Shown here: positions 33,138 to 33,468 of the stretch, in pieces
Position numbering within the stretch: the stretch's first letter is position 1
Layout: each line of letters opens with the position of its first letter
Assembly: GCF_001194135.2 (NCBI RefSeq)
Contig: NC_068982.1
Location: 74,076,712-74,110,179 of the forward strand
Direction: 5' to 3'
Origin: Octopus bimaculoides
Lineage: Eukaryota
Length of the DNA: 33,468 nt
The notes under the pieces: generated by a model
Told to the model about the DNA's origin: nothing
Seen by the model: only the letters and a program-made list of their open reading frames with translations
Database searches by the model: none
Made by a program: the position numbers and the translations under genes

Positions 33138-33468
33138 AATTTAGATGAGATGCAGTTTGGGTTCGTGCCAGGTAAAAGCACTACTGATGCCTTATTTCTA
33201 GTGAGACAGTTGCAGGAGAAATACCTAGCTAAGGATAAACCTCTGTACCTGGCTTTCGTTGACATGGAGAAAGCCTTTGACAGGGTCCCCCGATCCCTTA
33301 TCTGGTGGTCAATGAGGAAACTTGGGATAGAAGAATGGTTAGTGAGAGCTGTGCGAGCCATGTACAGAGATGCTGCCAGTAAGGTGAGGGTTGGAAATGA
33401 GTACAGCAATGAATTCCGGGTAGAGGTAGGGGTCCACCAAGGTTCCGTCCTCAGCCCCCTCTTATTTA
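33138..33468 (+). mobile_element. RTE-clade LINE reverse transcriptase segment (5'-truncated, continues beyond the window)
   Basis: 110 uninterrupted codons: NLDEMQFGFVPGKSTTDALFLVRQLQEKYLAKDKPLYLAFVDMEKAFDRVPR...GVHQGSVLSPLLF (QxGF, FVDxEKAFD and QGSVLSP motifs). Confidence 0.95.

Overview
This is AT-rich, repeat-dense eukaryotic genomic DNA with five N-gaps, most next to TA/CA microsatellites. The repeat families look like those of octopus (inference from recalled motifs, not a database hit). No long intact host CDS is present, and nearly all listed ORFs are artefacts of repeats, microsatellites or gaps. Recognisable content: more than 15 copies of an RTE-type LINE 3' end with a (GAT)n tail; an uninterrupted 110-codon RTE reverse-transcriptase segment running off the right edge; CR1 and L2/Crack-like LINE 3' fragments; a Tigger/pogo transposase relic; three tRNA-derived SINE head types; and TTAA-flanked piggyBac-type MITEs. 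Three phase-compatible candidate exons (3093-3161, 7531-7570, 23050-23133/23139) and a CpG drop after about 3.3 kb suggest the window holds the 5' end and long introns of an unidentified + strand gene. The most notable signals are RNA-structural: a type I hammerhead ribozyme fold at 253-314 (-); a perfect 33-bp hairpin at 12799-12882; an identical 245-bp inverted pair 1.77 kb apart; a ~450-bp MITE palindrome; and a hairpin able to cover the candidate ATG and splice donor. I found no convincing evidence of a wholly new multi-gene system.
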